The notes under the pieces are model-generated. The model did not search any database. It was not told the origin of the DNA and was given only the letters and a program-made list of their open reading frames with translations. Below, piece by piece: positions 24,977 to 38,600 of a DNA stretch of 64,000 nucleotides. Numbering within the stretch: the stretch's first letter is position 1; every line of letters starts with the position of its first letter. The position numbers were made by a program, and so were the translations under genes. The DNA lies in assembly GCA_973895155.1 (NCBI GenBank), contig OZ316894.1:11525892-11589891 (forward strand), read 5' to 3'. The stretch comes from Marsupella aquatica. Its lineage: Eukaryota; Plantae; Marchantiophyta.

Positions 24977-27900
24977 ATGGGAGCTTACGTCTCAACGTCG
25001 GTACTCGAACGAAGAAGACGAGCGTCTAAATCTCGTGTATTGGATGTACAGATCGGTAATGCATCGTGTATAGATTCTTTTTCCGCTGCGTTTCACGTCA
25101 TTCTGTGTTGCTCGCCGCCCAGAACTGTAGCTGGTGTTCTGTTCTTGGGGAAGACTGAGCAGCAGAGGTCTTGTCTGCAGGGAAGGAAATGGCGCCCCAT
25201 GTGATAGATGAGATCGTGCTTTCACGTAAGGGAATGGATTTACTTGCAGAGGATACCGTATGGCCAGAGCTGAAACACGAAGCCAAGAAAATGGCTGACG
25301 AGTGTTCGGGAGTTTTGGACGATTTAGGCTCTCAATTGTTGCCCAGCTTTGTGGAGTACACAGTCCTGCAGTGGGGCTCGCTGGAGGAGTGTTTGGCTAC
25401 ACATCTCTCCGAAAAGCTGGCATGGAAAGCGGCTCCGGTAGAACAGATTTATAGCGTACTCTTGATGGCTTTCAGAGATGGAAAGTCATCGAAGTGTGAC
25501 CTCCTTAGCAGTATGATCAGGAAGGACTTGGTTGTTATAAAGGTTTGGACCCGACCCTTCATCCTCCTGTAATGTAATGTCCTGACTCATGTGAGAAGGT
25601 TTGTGATGACCGAAGTCTATCTTCATGTCATTGGACATAATGTTTTGGTCGTGAGTGGAACCCAGATTGCGGTAAATTTGGAAGTGTGGTTTTGACGCGT
25701 ATTTTCTTGCGATGGCTTTATCTTGATACATGTAAATGGGTCGTTCTGAGCGAAAGGGTGAAGGTTGTCTGCCTCGCCCTAGCCCTCGGCGTTTCATAAT
25801 GTATGCTGCGATTCCAATCGGGTAGGAGATTGTGCGTTTAATGACATCCTACTTCACTTTGCATCTGAGCAGGAACGCGATCCTGCGTGCCCAAGTGTTG
25901 CACATGCCTTGCTTCACTACAAGGGGTATCAAGGGCTTGAAGCCTACAGAGCAGCAAATTGGCTCTGGAGGAAAGGCCAGAGATCTCTGGCTAGCATTTT
26001 TCAAAGTCGAGTTTCAGAAGTGTTCGGCCTTGACATCCATCCTGCTGCTGAAATAGGTAGCGGGATCCTCATCGACCATGGCACTGGTGTGGTTATTGGC
26101 GAGACTGCGGTGATTGGTGATGGCTGTACGCTGTTGCATGGAGTCACATTGGGTGGTACAGGCAAGCAGGGTGGTGACCGCCATCCAAAGCTGGGAGTGA
26201 ATGTAAGTGTAACCTTCGTGCTGGCACTGAATCTTCAATGTCGTTAGCTGACAGCAGAGTCTCCTTGGATTGGGAACAACTCTTCACAGTCTCTTCTACA
26301 TTGCAATTTTCGGGCCCCTCCTTTTCCTCAGTGTGTGTGTAATGGGCAGGGTATTTGTTGGCTGCATGTTAGACGTGCAAAGGAAATATAGCATTTGCTG
26401 AAAGATATTTTCTACAATTATCCTGTCTGGAGGTCCCGTTTCTTTTGCAAGGAATCCAACCCTGTTCTTCAGTCAGTCTTCCGCACAATTTCAGAGCCCA
26501 TTCTCTCGATAAGAAACTTATGTACCATGTGCATTTATGATTTGAAAATCTAGTCGAGGAAATTGTGAAGACGACCAAATGTATCTTTAACGAGAACATT
26601 AACAATGAGCATTGGATGAACAAAAATTGAAGTGGCGGTAGAAGACCGAACGATGTTTGCAATTTAGGGACCAACTCGTAAGGACCATGGTATGTCAAGA
26701 ATTCTGAAGAGGACTACACACAGTGGAAGTACCAACCATGAATCTTTTGGCCCCTTGGCAGGCATTGTGCTCTCTCGTAGACAGATCATTGTCTATTGTC
26801 ATTGAATACCTGGAGTGCATCGATGATCAATTCTGAAAAATGGGAGGGAACTGCACTACCTTACTTGTAATAGTTATTGTGCACGGATCCAAACCAGTAA
26901 TGAAGTAAGGAGAGATTCTCCCTTGTCCCTTGGACCGCAAGACCTTGAACATCATCGAAACACTGAAGTATATCTGACGTCTTTTCTGGTACGGTGTAGG
27001 TCTTTATCGGGGCAGGAGCAAGTATACTTGGCAGTGTCAAAATCGGTGACTGTGCTAAGATTGGAGCAGCAGCCCTCGTCCTTACTGACATCCCAGCTTA
27101 CGCAACTGCTGTTGGATGCCCTGCAAAGGTGCTTTGTCTACAGTTCTTTTACCTCTGTTGTTCCCATCGAGAATTCTACCTCCTAAGTGTCTGGTGTCTG
27201 GTGTCTGATGTCTTGTAGGGCTTTTGCACTGTCGCACTTTCAGTTGTTTTAAGATATCTTACGTTGTCCCTAGTATTACAATGGATGCTATGCTGTTATG
27301 GCTGAAAAATCATAGCGGTGAGATTCAAACTTTAAATGTAAAATTTCTAGCTTGCGTCAGTGTACTGAAGGGTTTGAGCTCGTTCTTGTTGATGTCAAGT
27401 TTTGCACTCGAAAACAAGTGATTGTGATTTTTGATTGTGCTATTGAATATTTTAATTGTGATTGGAATTTTGTGTGCTGGGTGTGCTAAATCCCTCTTGT
27501 TTTGCTTTTGGCAGGTTATAGGACGTGTAAAGGAGCAGAACCCAGCTTCTGTCATGGACAGCTCGTGTAAACAGGTTGAGAAATATTTGGGAAGATCGAG
27601 GTCCCTCTGCCCTTTCCGAAAACTCGATTCCACCAAGAAAGGATACCTGGGACCCATTGAGTTTGCCACGAAGTTGCAAGACGTATGCAAGCTTCCTTTA
27701 AACCATCGGCAAGCAATCGATGCCTTCTTCAAAATGGTAAACATTTAATCCATACTCCGCCTGATTAATGTCTTGTTTCGTAACCTGCATTCTGAAAGTT
27801 GTTTTGGACTCTCGTTGGAGCTCATGGTTTCTGGTTTCTAATTTACTTTATGTTGCAATTTTCTAGGATACCGACCATGACGGTTTACTGTCCGAGAAAG

Positions 27901-27992
27901 AATTTAATGATAACCTCCACGTCTTACAAGAGGCTCTGAGCACTGTCGGTCAGTTTACAGACTCTGAGAGGTTCAATGCCATTACAACCTGA
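24977..27992 (+). CDS. SERAT: Serine O-acetyltransferase (CysE/SERAT family) with C-terminal EF-hand pair; exons 24977-25055, 25181-25542, 25873-26202, 27000-27128, 27515-27736, 27867-27992 (~415 aa)
   Basis: ERDPAC..ALLHYKGYQGLEAYRAANWLW, DIHPAAEIGSGILIDHGTGVVIGETAVIGD, GVTLGGTGKQGGDRHPKLG, VFIGAGASILG..TAVGCPAK. All junctions are GT-AG and in phase. The C-terminal loops are DSTKKGYLGPIE and DTDHDGLLSEKE. Exon 1 is less certain. Confidence 0.92.
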
Positions 27993-30274
27993 AGTAATGC
28001 CGTCAAGACAAACAAATTATGAGGGAATGTTTTCCCGCGGTATCTTTTTGGAGTTTTAGATCAAGATCATAGCGCAAGCAATTTAAAACCTTGGTCTTAC
28101 TGAAAATGCACCATAAGGGGCATAACTCATGCACCTCTTGGGTAGGTATGTGCGAGTTGGGCTTTGCAAGAAAGGACACCTTTGGGCTCTCAGACGGTCG
28201 TGAAATACGCCCCTATTTGGTTCTAGGTCTGGGTGTGGTCCCCTTCTGTTGGCGTGATCATTGTACAGTATGCTATTTTTCATCAGAGAATTTTTAATAG
28301 GAGCATTATGTATTATATGGTGCAGCCTTTCCTCTGATTCCCGAGTAATGATTTTCTATTGGAGCTTTTCTTGTGTGTTTGTCAGCTCACTCATAGGCCA
28401 AGCCGAATTTTCAGTGCAATCAATATTGATTGAAGGGACAGCAAGCCTTCCAAGTAAACAGATTGCTAGAATCCCTCTAAAGATTTAAACGCTGAAGTGG
28501 GAGAATATAACTTCGGTGGGCAGGCCCGACTTACAACTCGCCGAAGACGGTAATATTCATCAAGGATATTATAACGAACATTATGATGATTCACCGTATT
28601 TGTGAGGAAAGAATATGTTGCTATATATGCAATCAATGAAAGTCCGTTTGATAAGGAGACGTGTTAAACCTGATGAAGCACTCCAGCTAACTCAATTTAC
28701 ATTCTCATGAAAGTATACAACTTTTGACGATAGCTAGCTTGAACTGTCTACAATAGCTGTTATCACGGTATAAGTTGATTAACCTTACTCTGTGAACACG
28801 AGGAACTCCAATCAGTTCGTTCTCACATGATACTTCATCTCATATTTCATCCTTGGGTTAGGATGATCAAATCCATGTTGGAATTTTGGGTAAGGTCTTG
28901 CAGGCCAAATGGCAAACCTTAGATTAGGCCAAATGGCAAACCTTAGATTAGGCTAAAATGCTCAAACTTTTAATTGACCATCTTCACTAACAAACTGGAC
29001 TCTCTCTGTCAAACTCTCGGCTTCACTGTTCTGGATCATTGAGTCGTTCGGTTGGAGACCTTGACAATTCTAATCTTGGATTGAAAGAACGAAGTCCCAC
29101 CAAAACATCCTCGGCTAGCCAAGAAACAAAAAACAGTGAACCTCTACCCAACGTGGATCATTCCTTCAAAATGTCTTCCATTCTCCCCAAGTTCATTTGA
29201 AAAATGAAGATAGATGAGCCCAAATTTGCAGCAGGAAGAACCGACTGACGACGTATAGTAGTTTACGGGAATACAACCGAAGCACCCCGTATCGAGCCAG
29301 GGTGTTTTCACTGATGCTTTCAACGAATGAGTCGTCTCTTAGCTGTCTGGATTCCGAGCGCTCCACAATTGCAGGCAATAATGACGGCAGGAATTGCTGT
29401 CAGCGTAACGTGAAGGAGCCACAGATCGAATTTTACTTCCTAAAGCCAGTGACTATCCTTGACGAACTAAAATTTTATCAGCTTGAATAAAGTTGTGACG
29501 ACAGTAGGTACGCTGCGGAGTGCACTAATACTGGTTGCCACATTTTCCCTCAGTTGTTTGCTTTCACTCCGGCTTCCGGATGCCATTCCTTTTGCCTTCT
29601 GGGCGTTCGAGTAAGAATTCCAATTTGGTGCCTCATCTATATTTTCACAGGAGATTGCTTCCTAATTTGTCCATCATATTTCTCATGTTTTCTTTTAACC
29701 AATGACCAAAAGTGCAACCTAAGTGTTACTTGCCGTGTGGAAACACAATCTGATTGTGTACTCCCAGTAGCTGATCCTTGGCTAACTGGATAGCCGATTT
29801 TCATACTCTAAAATTGACAGCGAACCACATATAGTCGGCGACAGCTCTACTCTCCAAGAAAGATGAAGGGACTCATCACTACCGACCGAAAACCTGATGG
29901 TGGACTTGAGGCACTCCGGTGCCCCAGATTTATTAAGATAGATACTACGTACTTTCTAATCCACTGCCCAACAAGTTTTTCTGATCATGCCAAACCATTG
30001 ATTTCATTGAAACGCAATTTCTGACCCGAAGGCCATATGGTTTGTCCTCGAAAAGCTGATATCTGTTTTATATCGGTGATAGATAATGCCAGACGTTCAT
30101 TATCATCAATACGGAAAGGTGTCCACAAATAGAACCATAAATCGTGACGACACAGTAGAACCATAAATATACTAACCATAAGAAATTCGAACGCTGTCAA
30201 ATGTCAACGATTTTGAATTCTAAAGATCATTCAGGCATGGTGCACAACTACTGTTGGGGAACAATCTTCTAATT

Positions 30275-33200
30275 TCAAGGAACAGGATTCCGTTCCTTGT
30301 TTATCTTGAACGCGAGAGTACTCTCTGCACTTGAGTTTCTGGGTCCCACGCTGTACAAACTGGGTAGGTACGCCTTGTACGCTGGCATGTACCTAGATAC
30401 AAAGTCGGCAATCTGGTGGTCACACACACTCCAGTTAGCTGTAGTTTTCAATCGAAGGCGTACTGGGATTGGACGAGTAGAAAGCAAAAACAATTCCATG
30501 TGCAGTGAAAACTGTAGACAGGAATGAAATTAGCGGGTTACTGAGCTAGAAAACCATCCTACATAGCCAGTCAGGGAGACAAGAATGGTCTGACGGACAA
30601 CTGATCGCCTGCTACTGTCTACAGCATATCAGCAGTCTTCATGGGGAAACAGGACACACAGTGTAAGCCTTACTTCAAAACAACTCCGGTATTTGCTACA
30701 AATCTGGCAAACAGCAGGCTTTTAAGAGAGTAATGTATCAGATACCTGTTCATCTGTCATGCCACCTCTTCCCTTTTTCCTCATTTTAATCTCAGCCTGA
30801 CCAAACGAATTGAAAAAAAAAATTGTGTCAGGGGCGGAGACCAAATCAAAGATTGACGGACTGCATTAAACTATTGAAATATAACCTGTTCCGCAAGAAA
30901 AGTCCGAAATTGGCAACCTAAATCTGCAGCTGTACTTGTCCAAGGACCCCAGAAAAGTAGCAGTTGAGTTGTCCAAACGACAAGTAACTTGCAACATGAT
31001 GCCCAGCCAGCCAGCCTGTGCTGCTTAAGGTTTGTAGCCAAATTCGAGTTGGTATGGGATAGATACAATTCCCTTAATGGTACTGCAAACGAGAATATTC
31101 ATGGCTGCAAAACACGACTGACCCGCAATAAATGTTCCACAAACCTCTAATCGCCACTCGAACACCCATTTTGGGTCTTCAACCTCAATGATCATCCAGG
31201 AGTTGATGAAGCTGTACCATGCATCATAGTAACCTTCCAAATTCTTGTTAACTAATGCGAGCTGTAAAAGACGTAGAATTGCATTATTTCTTGAGCATGG
31301 AAGATGTGCTGTTAACGACATCGATTCTTGGACTTACCAAAATGAGACATGGTTTACAAAACCGCCGCAGGAAACTAGGAAAACACGCAGTACAATTCAC
31401 CTCACTGGATATGTAAGCGATGTAGAGCAGAGCACAACTGGACAATAGTAATATCAATCTAAGCATATTTTCTCAATCTACTGATCTAAGTCCGTCGAGA
31501 CTTCAGTACGTAGAGCATTTCAAATGTTTTGGCAATTACGCCAGGCTGTATGAAAAAAATATTTTGTGGTTGATACAAAGGATACTTTAGTGAGTCCAGT
31601 GCTTTTATTGGGCATAATTGGCAGTTGGATAATTGCCTCGTCTAATAATCTGACTCTGACAGCCAAGTGAAACGAAACTTGAAATGAGGTTCTTTGCAGA
31701 TCAGCAACAGAGATAAGAAGAATTACCTGAGGATCAACTGCAGTGACTGCATCGTTATCTTGAGGGTCGTAACCAAGCATCCATCCTTCAAAAAGTACCA
31801 CCTGCAATAAGGAATTTGCATGTATACCCAAAGTTTATTATTCATCCGCTAATTTTCATCTTTGTGCAAAGATGTCAGAACAGATATAAGCCAAGCAATA
31901 AGTCATGGGAGAAGCACAGAACGATTGTTGCCCAGCACTAAAATCATATAACTGAGATCTTCAAGTAACAGTGATTCCTGTCACAAAGCCGTCCTGCACG
32001 CCAGGAGGTGGTGTTGGTGATACCTGGACAGGACCTTCGACCTCAGACCAACAAGAAGGGTCTGCTCTATCACCTAAGCCGCTCCTGGCCGCCTGCATAA
32101 TGAATCAAGTCTTCAATGATGAGTTCGGCTTTTTAAACACATGGAACAGTGTTTGATGATCCATCAAACTCAAGGAACTAACGAAAAAGAATCGAGAATC
32201 TGTATGAATACCTTGTCATATCGAGGGACTTTTGCTTTTGAACCTGATTCCAAAAACGACATTGAAGATCAGAAATTGTTCTCATTAGCCATTTCTTTGC
32301 GACATGTCTACAAACTCCAGTAAATTTTCACAAAAATCATTTGAAACCACAAAGTGGCCGTGACTGAATAAGATAGAGCACCTTTTGAGGTAAGCTTGAG
32401 CAAAGTTTTTAACGTTTCAGTCCCTAACTCCAAGTCATGGGAACCTGCATTACCCCGCAACTGATACATTCACAATCATTGATTTGGTAACCCAGCCTAA
32501 GAGTTGTCCTGAAAGCTCCAAGCACACCGCAATTTCATCAATTATTCGAGTTATCACATCATACGACAGTGGACACTCTAGAGTTACCATCAGAAACTTT
32601 ATCTTGCAAAAGTCTTCATTCCTAGAGTTCGCGTACAACAACGTAAACAAAAATACAACCAAACAATGCACACGACTCGTACCTTCAAAAGCCCATTATC
32701 TGGATTGTCTGCAGCGAGTTTATCCTGTGCACATCAGAGTTCTTAACAACATTGGTTACCCATCAACTAAAGACCGAGTAGACTGTCTCATGCAAAATTA
32801 GGAATCGCATCATCCAGCAGGGTGCAGAAAGCATCTGGCCCTTTCATTTAGGTGACAGACCTTCGACTCAGCAAACAAGCCTTTTTGTTGACTCCGGCGA
32901 GCCGGATTACTTTGTCAAAGATCCCTTTCAAGTCCCAAGGAGAAGAATCAGCTTATTCATTGCGTAAAATTTAAGTCAGGGAGCGCACTGATCTTTTCAG
33001 AAGTTCCTTCGCGACAATGTAGCTATCTCACCTGATCGGCGCCTGTTAGATAGAAGTCGTCCACAGAGATTGACACGGCAGTTCTGGTAGGCATGCACGA
33101 TGTCAGTTACTAAACGGTGGAGATTTTTGTCGGAAAATTTTAGTCCGACAATACACGCCCGAAAAAACTTCTCTGGATATGAAGGAGTGCGAGATTTACT

Positions 33201-34146
33201 TGGCTTTAAGAAAAGACAGACAATATCACAACACCAACAAATGTCGAAGTAATGGCCATCTCAAGGATTCCTCCACACCTTCCAATTGAGTTGAATAGAA
33301 ATTCCAGGGACTCCACAACGGTTGTCTTACCGCATCCTTGAGGAGCATTAATTCCAATCTGTTCCGCAAAAACCCATCGTTCAGTAGATTCTCCACTTTC
33401 ATAATTATGACTCAACATGCCAATGACGTAATTCAAGAACAATATTAGCATTTTCTGTCCATGTCAGACTACTATTGAATTTCGGTTTTTTCTCAGAAAA
33501 CACTTCTTGACTGCACTAGAACCAAGTTAAAGCAGACGTTTGATAAGCTTCTCACCACGATAGGAGGAATCGGCTCGCCGGCTGCAAAACGGGATCGATG
33601 CGTGATCAACTGATCCAGACACCAGAAAAATACAGGCAAGTAGTATTGATACAACCGAGTAATCTCGGCCTCAGCGAGGCCATCTTTGCCAAAACTGAGG
33701 AAATCCGAAAGCTTGTTTCCCAACAAAATCCAGTCTGCTAACCGCCGAGACACAACCTCGGGGGTTGCTCCAATTTTCTGCGACAGGACCCCGTCCGTTA
33801 TGAACTTCACCAAACCAGGCAATTCCGAAGCCGACTCCACCTCGTCCGTCGTCAACACAGCCGACTCGCGACACCTCGTGACGAGATTTCGCTGCTTCCG
33901 GACCAATACGCATTCGTCAATCGAAGAAACTCCTCCTAACCGAGCTCCCGGCTCTGTCTTCGCCAACGATGTAGAAAAATAGCTCACCGATCGCAAACTC
34001 TTCGTCGAGAATCCCGAATTGCATCCTACTCGCGACACATTGTATTGCGGCCGTGCGGCGGCTCGAAGAAGAGGCGGCGATGTCGCCGCGATGCTCGAGC
34101 TGCATGTCCGAGGTCCTCGGCCAACCACAGCATAAGCCTCCATCAT
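30275..34146 (-). CDS. GLYK: D-glycerate 3-kinase, chloroplastic (11 exons: 34146-33556, 33358-33279, 33083-33032, 32724-32683, ~32460-32382, ~32242-32212, ~32092-32024, ~31801-31727, 31261-31145, 30796-30746, 30412-30275)
   Basis: Ser/Arg-rich transit peptide, then YQYYLPVFFWC, P-loop IGINAPQGCGKTT, SISVDDFYLT, LRGNAGSHDL, KVPRYDK, VLFEGWMLG, WVFEWRLEAE, FVSRYMPAYKAYLPSLY. GT-AG introns. Confidence 0.95.
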
Positions 34147-34979
34147 TTCCGATTCGCTTCACCTCACTTCACAGCGACTTCGCACAAGAATACTCCTTCA
34201 ATCGCTCTTCAACTGCACGTAAAGAACTCGACAGCAGATTCCAAATTCCAAATTCGTGCAATGCAATGCCCGTCAATCAAACAATTCGTTATCGCCAATG
34301 TTCCTTACAAACCGACAGAATTAGCTTGCACCTGTTCCCCTCGTGGCGGATGAAATGCCTATGCAGCTCCTGCGGTCGTCTGCATTCCGAATGAGAACCT
34401 CGGCTGCGAATCTCTCGGCTCTAGCTGACCCTCTCTCTCGCATTCCACAGAAAACGCTAAAATCCAAAAACCATTCCCAATCCTTCCCTCGTATCTGATG
34501 CTCAGATATCCGGCTCTCGAATTCCACGACAATCTGCTTCTCCAATAACGTCAACCTGCAGTCGTCACGTCTATCTCACTATCTCACCTCTGCTATCAAG
34601 GCATTAGGTCGACATACCGCGACTCGATCCACCTACGTTCATACCAGCACCCATAGCTTCGCTCCACTTCGCACCACGTCGCTTCACCAGCCAAGTGTAG
34701 CAACTAGCAAGACAGAGTTCGCCGGCAGCGCAATTCTTTCACCAGAAATGCCTCCATCCTAACGCCGAGCAACCTCGTCGTCTACCCTCGCCCGTCCTGT
34801 CCGCGCATCAGCAGAGCTCCACACCGAGCTACTCGAGAGAGCCAGTCCAAGCTTCACAGATGCGGATAGGAAAGCTTGCAGCAGTGCAGCAACGCAACAA
34901 CGCAACAACGCACGGCAAAAGCTATCGTCACGGCAAAAGCTATCGTCACCAGACGACGGTGGAGCCCTGCATACGAATG

Positions 34980-35575
34980 ACATTCGCCACTCTGGCGAAA
35001 GAGGAGAACACCTTGACTGAAAAAATTACGCGACATTCGCCACTGGCGAAATAGGAAAAAACCTTTAATCGAAATTTAAGCGTCCCACGGAGGGAGGCAC
35101 GGAGGGGAGGGATGAGGGAGTGGCGAGAAAGGAAAAACCTTGATTAATTGAAAATTACGCGACATTCGCCACTCTGGCGAAAGAGGAAAACGCACGTAGG
35201 GGATGGATAGCTTACTTGCCAAATAAGGAGAACTGCTATGCCACGGAGGGAGGCACGAGGGATGGATGAGGGGGTGGCGAAAGAGGAAAAGCCTTAATTA
35301 AAGATTACTATACCACCCAGGGAGGCACGGAGGATAGATGGGTTAGTGGCCAAAAAGGGGAAAGGGCCTTAATTAATTAAAAAGTACTGTGCCTAGGGGA
35401 GGCACGAGAGATGGATGTGGGGTGGCGAAAAAGGAAAAGCCTTAATTAAAAACTACTCTACCACCGAGGGAGGAACGAAGGGATGGATGGGTTAGTGACC
35501 AAAAAGGGAAAAAAACCTTAATTAATCAAAAAGTACTCTGTCACGGTGAGGGGCAATCAGGAATGGATGAGGGCC
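34980..35575. repeat. Degenerate ~70-80 bp minisatellite upstream of GLYK
   Basis: The recurring unit CCACGGAGGGAGGCACGAGGGATGGATGAGGGGGTGGCGAAAGAGGAAAAGCCTTAATTAA occurs about six times, plus GACATTCGCCACTCTGGCGAAA copies. Confidence 0.8.
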
Positions 35576-35634
35576 GCACAGGACTCATCCTAACCCAATA
35601 GTCAGGAGGATCTAGTTGTGCAGAGCTTAATTTT

Positions 35635-38600
35635 GGCATCAAAATATTTGATGGGCCCCTCTAGCTATAGATATTTTTTACTAGCCCTAAACTTTTCACA
35701 TGTATTTAATGGGGCCCTTTGTCCCTGTAACCCTTTCTCAGGACCTGTCATATTATTATTTTTAAGTACAACTATTTACTTCAGTCCACCAGATGTACTA
35801 TCTAGAAACAATTCACTGTACTCTTGTTTAAAAATATGTATATAATTTATTTATGTACTAATGTTATATTACTATTTTTAATTGTACCGTATTGTACAAC
35901 TATTTACCTCAGATGTACTATCTAGAAGCAATTCACTGTACTCTTGTTTAAAAATATGTATATAATTTATGTACTAAAAATATGTATATAACTTATGTAC
36001 TAATTTATCTCTGTCCACCAAATGTACTATCTAAAAGCAATTCAGTGTACTCTTGTTTAAAAGTATGTATATAACTTATGTACTAATTTACCTCAGTCCA
36101 CCAAATGTACTGTCTAGAAGCAATTCAGTGTACTCTTGTTCAAAAACATGTATATAATTTATGTATAAAGTATTTAGCCCTTCTCACTCCCATATTCATT
36201 TGTTTCATGTACTCACTAGCCTTTGTTTGTCTATATGCCACTTGAAATGCCTTGCAATTCTGCCAACCATTGGTCTCCCTTGATGCTTTTCATAAAAAAA
36301 ATAGAAAATTTCCTGTGCAGCTATTTCTCGCAACAGTGCAAGACTGAGACCAGAGGATCATTATTCTTGCATATAGAGTGGCTCATGTTGAGAGTACTGA
36401 TAATTGGACATGGTTTCTTTGTCTACTTGATTGGATCAAATTAGTTCATGGACCCCCACCTGTTTTTATTTGATTGAGATTGAAAATTGGATAGTTATTG
36501 ATACAAATAAAAAATGTGTTAAAAAATAGATAGTATAGCTATGAAGCCAAATCTGGAAAATCTGATGATACCTCATAAATTCTCAATTAGAGGTCCGAGA
36601 AGCTCACGGCAGAAACCTAAAGCCTGAAACATCTTGCGCACTGTGGAGGAACCCTCCCAGAATCTTTCAAAATCTCTCATCCATATTCGGACATAGAGTT
36701 AGTATTTGCTACTGGCTCCAGAACTCTGAATCCTTAACGCTGACAGCACTACGATCTCGGCTACGATCATATCCGGAAGCAATTGTCTAAGGGATCAAAA
36801 ATTGAAGAAATGAAACAGAGGGGAAGCAATCTTTGGGAGCCGAAAGGAAAACATATAGACAACCAGAAAAAGGAAGAAGCAAGGAAGAAGCAAAATGAGC
36901 GCCCGTGAAGGGCATTGGTGTCTGACATTCGATCATTCATTAGGCAGAAACTTAGAATAAGCGAAAGAATCCATAAGAACAACGCTCGCACTTGATCGAG
37001 AAAGAATAATACAAGGCGAAAAGAAGAGACACGGATTCAAAAGACCAAAAGAAAGAAGTAACGAGAATCAGAAGAGAGACATCAAAATCAGAAGGATTCA
37101 GCAATGAAAGTTGACCTTGTTTGATCAAACTACTTTTGCCTTTTTCTTCTGATCAGGTCGCTGCCTTTCCGCTCTTCTCTGCCCCGATCGTGTTTCTGCA
37201 GCGTTTTATATCTTCTTGTTCGATCCTTAATTTCCTCTTTAAATTTTCTGTTGTTCTCTGGATCCTCAGGGCATTGTGTTAGTCTCTCTTTACACTTTCA
37301 CTTCGCCATGGCCTCTTTTGATCTTTGTTTTGATTTCAGGTTCAAATCGCAGTCCTTCTCTTCCTGATTCGATCATTTCGTTCTTCAGTTTCTTCTTATT
37401 AATTCTGTTTGCGATCGTTGCTTTTCCTGCTTTTGGTCCTTATGAAATGAACTCTCTTCTGGTTTCTTTGTTATCGAGTCTTCGACCGGGCAGCTTCTTT
37501 CTCACCTTCTCGTTTCTCTCAACATTGCGTGTGCACACATTCACCGCACCATCACCATCAAAATCAACAACGAGAATTCGTGCAGAGGTTGTGGCGCGGA
37601 GGAGCGCTCATTACAGTTTGGATTGCGGGCGGGATGGATTGTAGTGGACGTTAATTACTTAACTGTTTCTAGTGACAAGTGCTTACTTTCGATTACACAT
37701 TTAATTTTTTTTTCTTTTTAATTATTACTTAATGGTTATTGTTATTACTTAATGTTGTGCATTCCGTTATTTAGGGGTTGAAAAAACGGTTATTGTCTAT
37801 CTCAACTTCAATAATTTGTTATCTAAAGGTAAATAATACGGTTAATTGTAAAACAAGTTTACATGAATTTTTACGGCATGGCGTCCCCAGTTTTACCAAA
37901 ATCCTGTCGCAAACACGAATGTGGGCATAATTTCATTGTGGAAACCAATTTGTTCCTGTTTGTTGCGGTTGTTGTTGACGTGGCACGTTGTGGTGCCAGG
38001 AATTTTGGAAGGGACCTCTAGTGGGGTCCGTAAAGACATTCCTTTCAATTCTGACCGACAAAAATGGTTGTTGGCTTCTGTCCATGATGTATCAAGGTGT
38101 GACATGCAAAGTGAATTTTTTTAGTGTCACCTTGAGTAAAAATAGAGACATGAATTGCAATATCATTTTGATAGCTAATTTTGTGGTTGTTGCACCAACA
38201 TTGAGCTCAAAATTATAAGCTCATATAACTGCTTTGACATTTGTTACTATGTGCATCCTATGTGCTCATTTTTATGAATTCAATTGATGCCTTGTGAACT
38301 TAATTAATGCCTTGTGCACTAAGCTAAAGAAAAAAATTGTTTTTAAGTGGCATTATGTAAATTTCCTGATATAGTCTGCCTAGATGCTCACATCTAAAAA
38401 AAAATCACAAAAATGACACCAAGTAAATGCTCACGTCTAACGTGAATATTTCTAAAAATGTTTTTGGAAAAACAGTATCAAAGAATTGTTTAAGTCCCAC
38501 ATGATTTATTTGCTAAAAACAACTTTTAAAAAATAGCACCCGGATACTACCCAGATAGCACCCAAACCATTGGTTCACCTTCTTGAAGTTGAGGTAAGAT

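Noticed and set aside
34980-36170. Repeat arrays as a possible CRISPR array
   Set aside because: The units are degenerate tandem repeats without unique spacers, the context is eukaryotic, and there are no cas genes.
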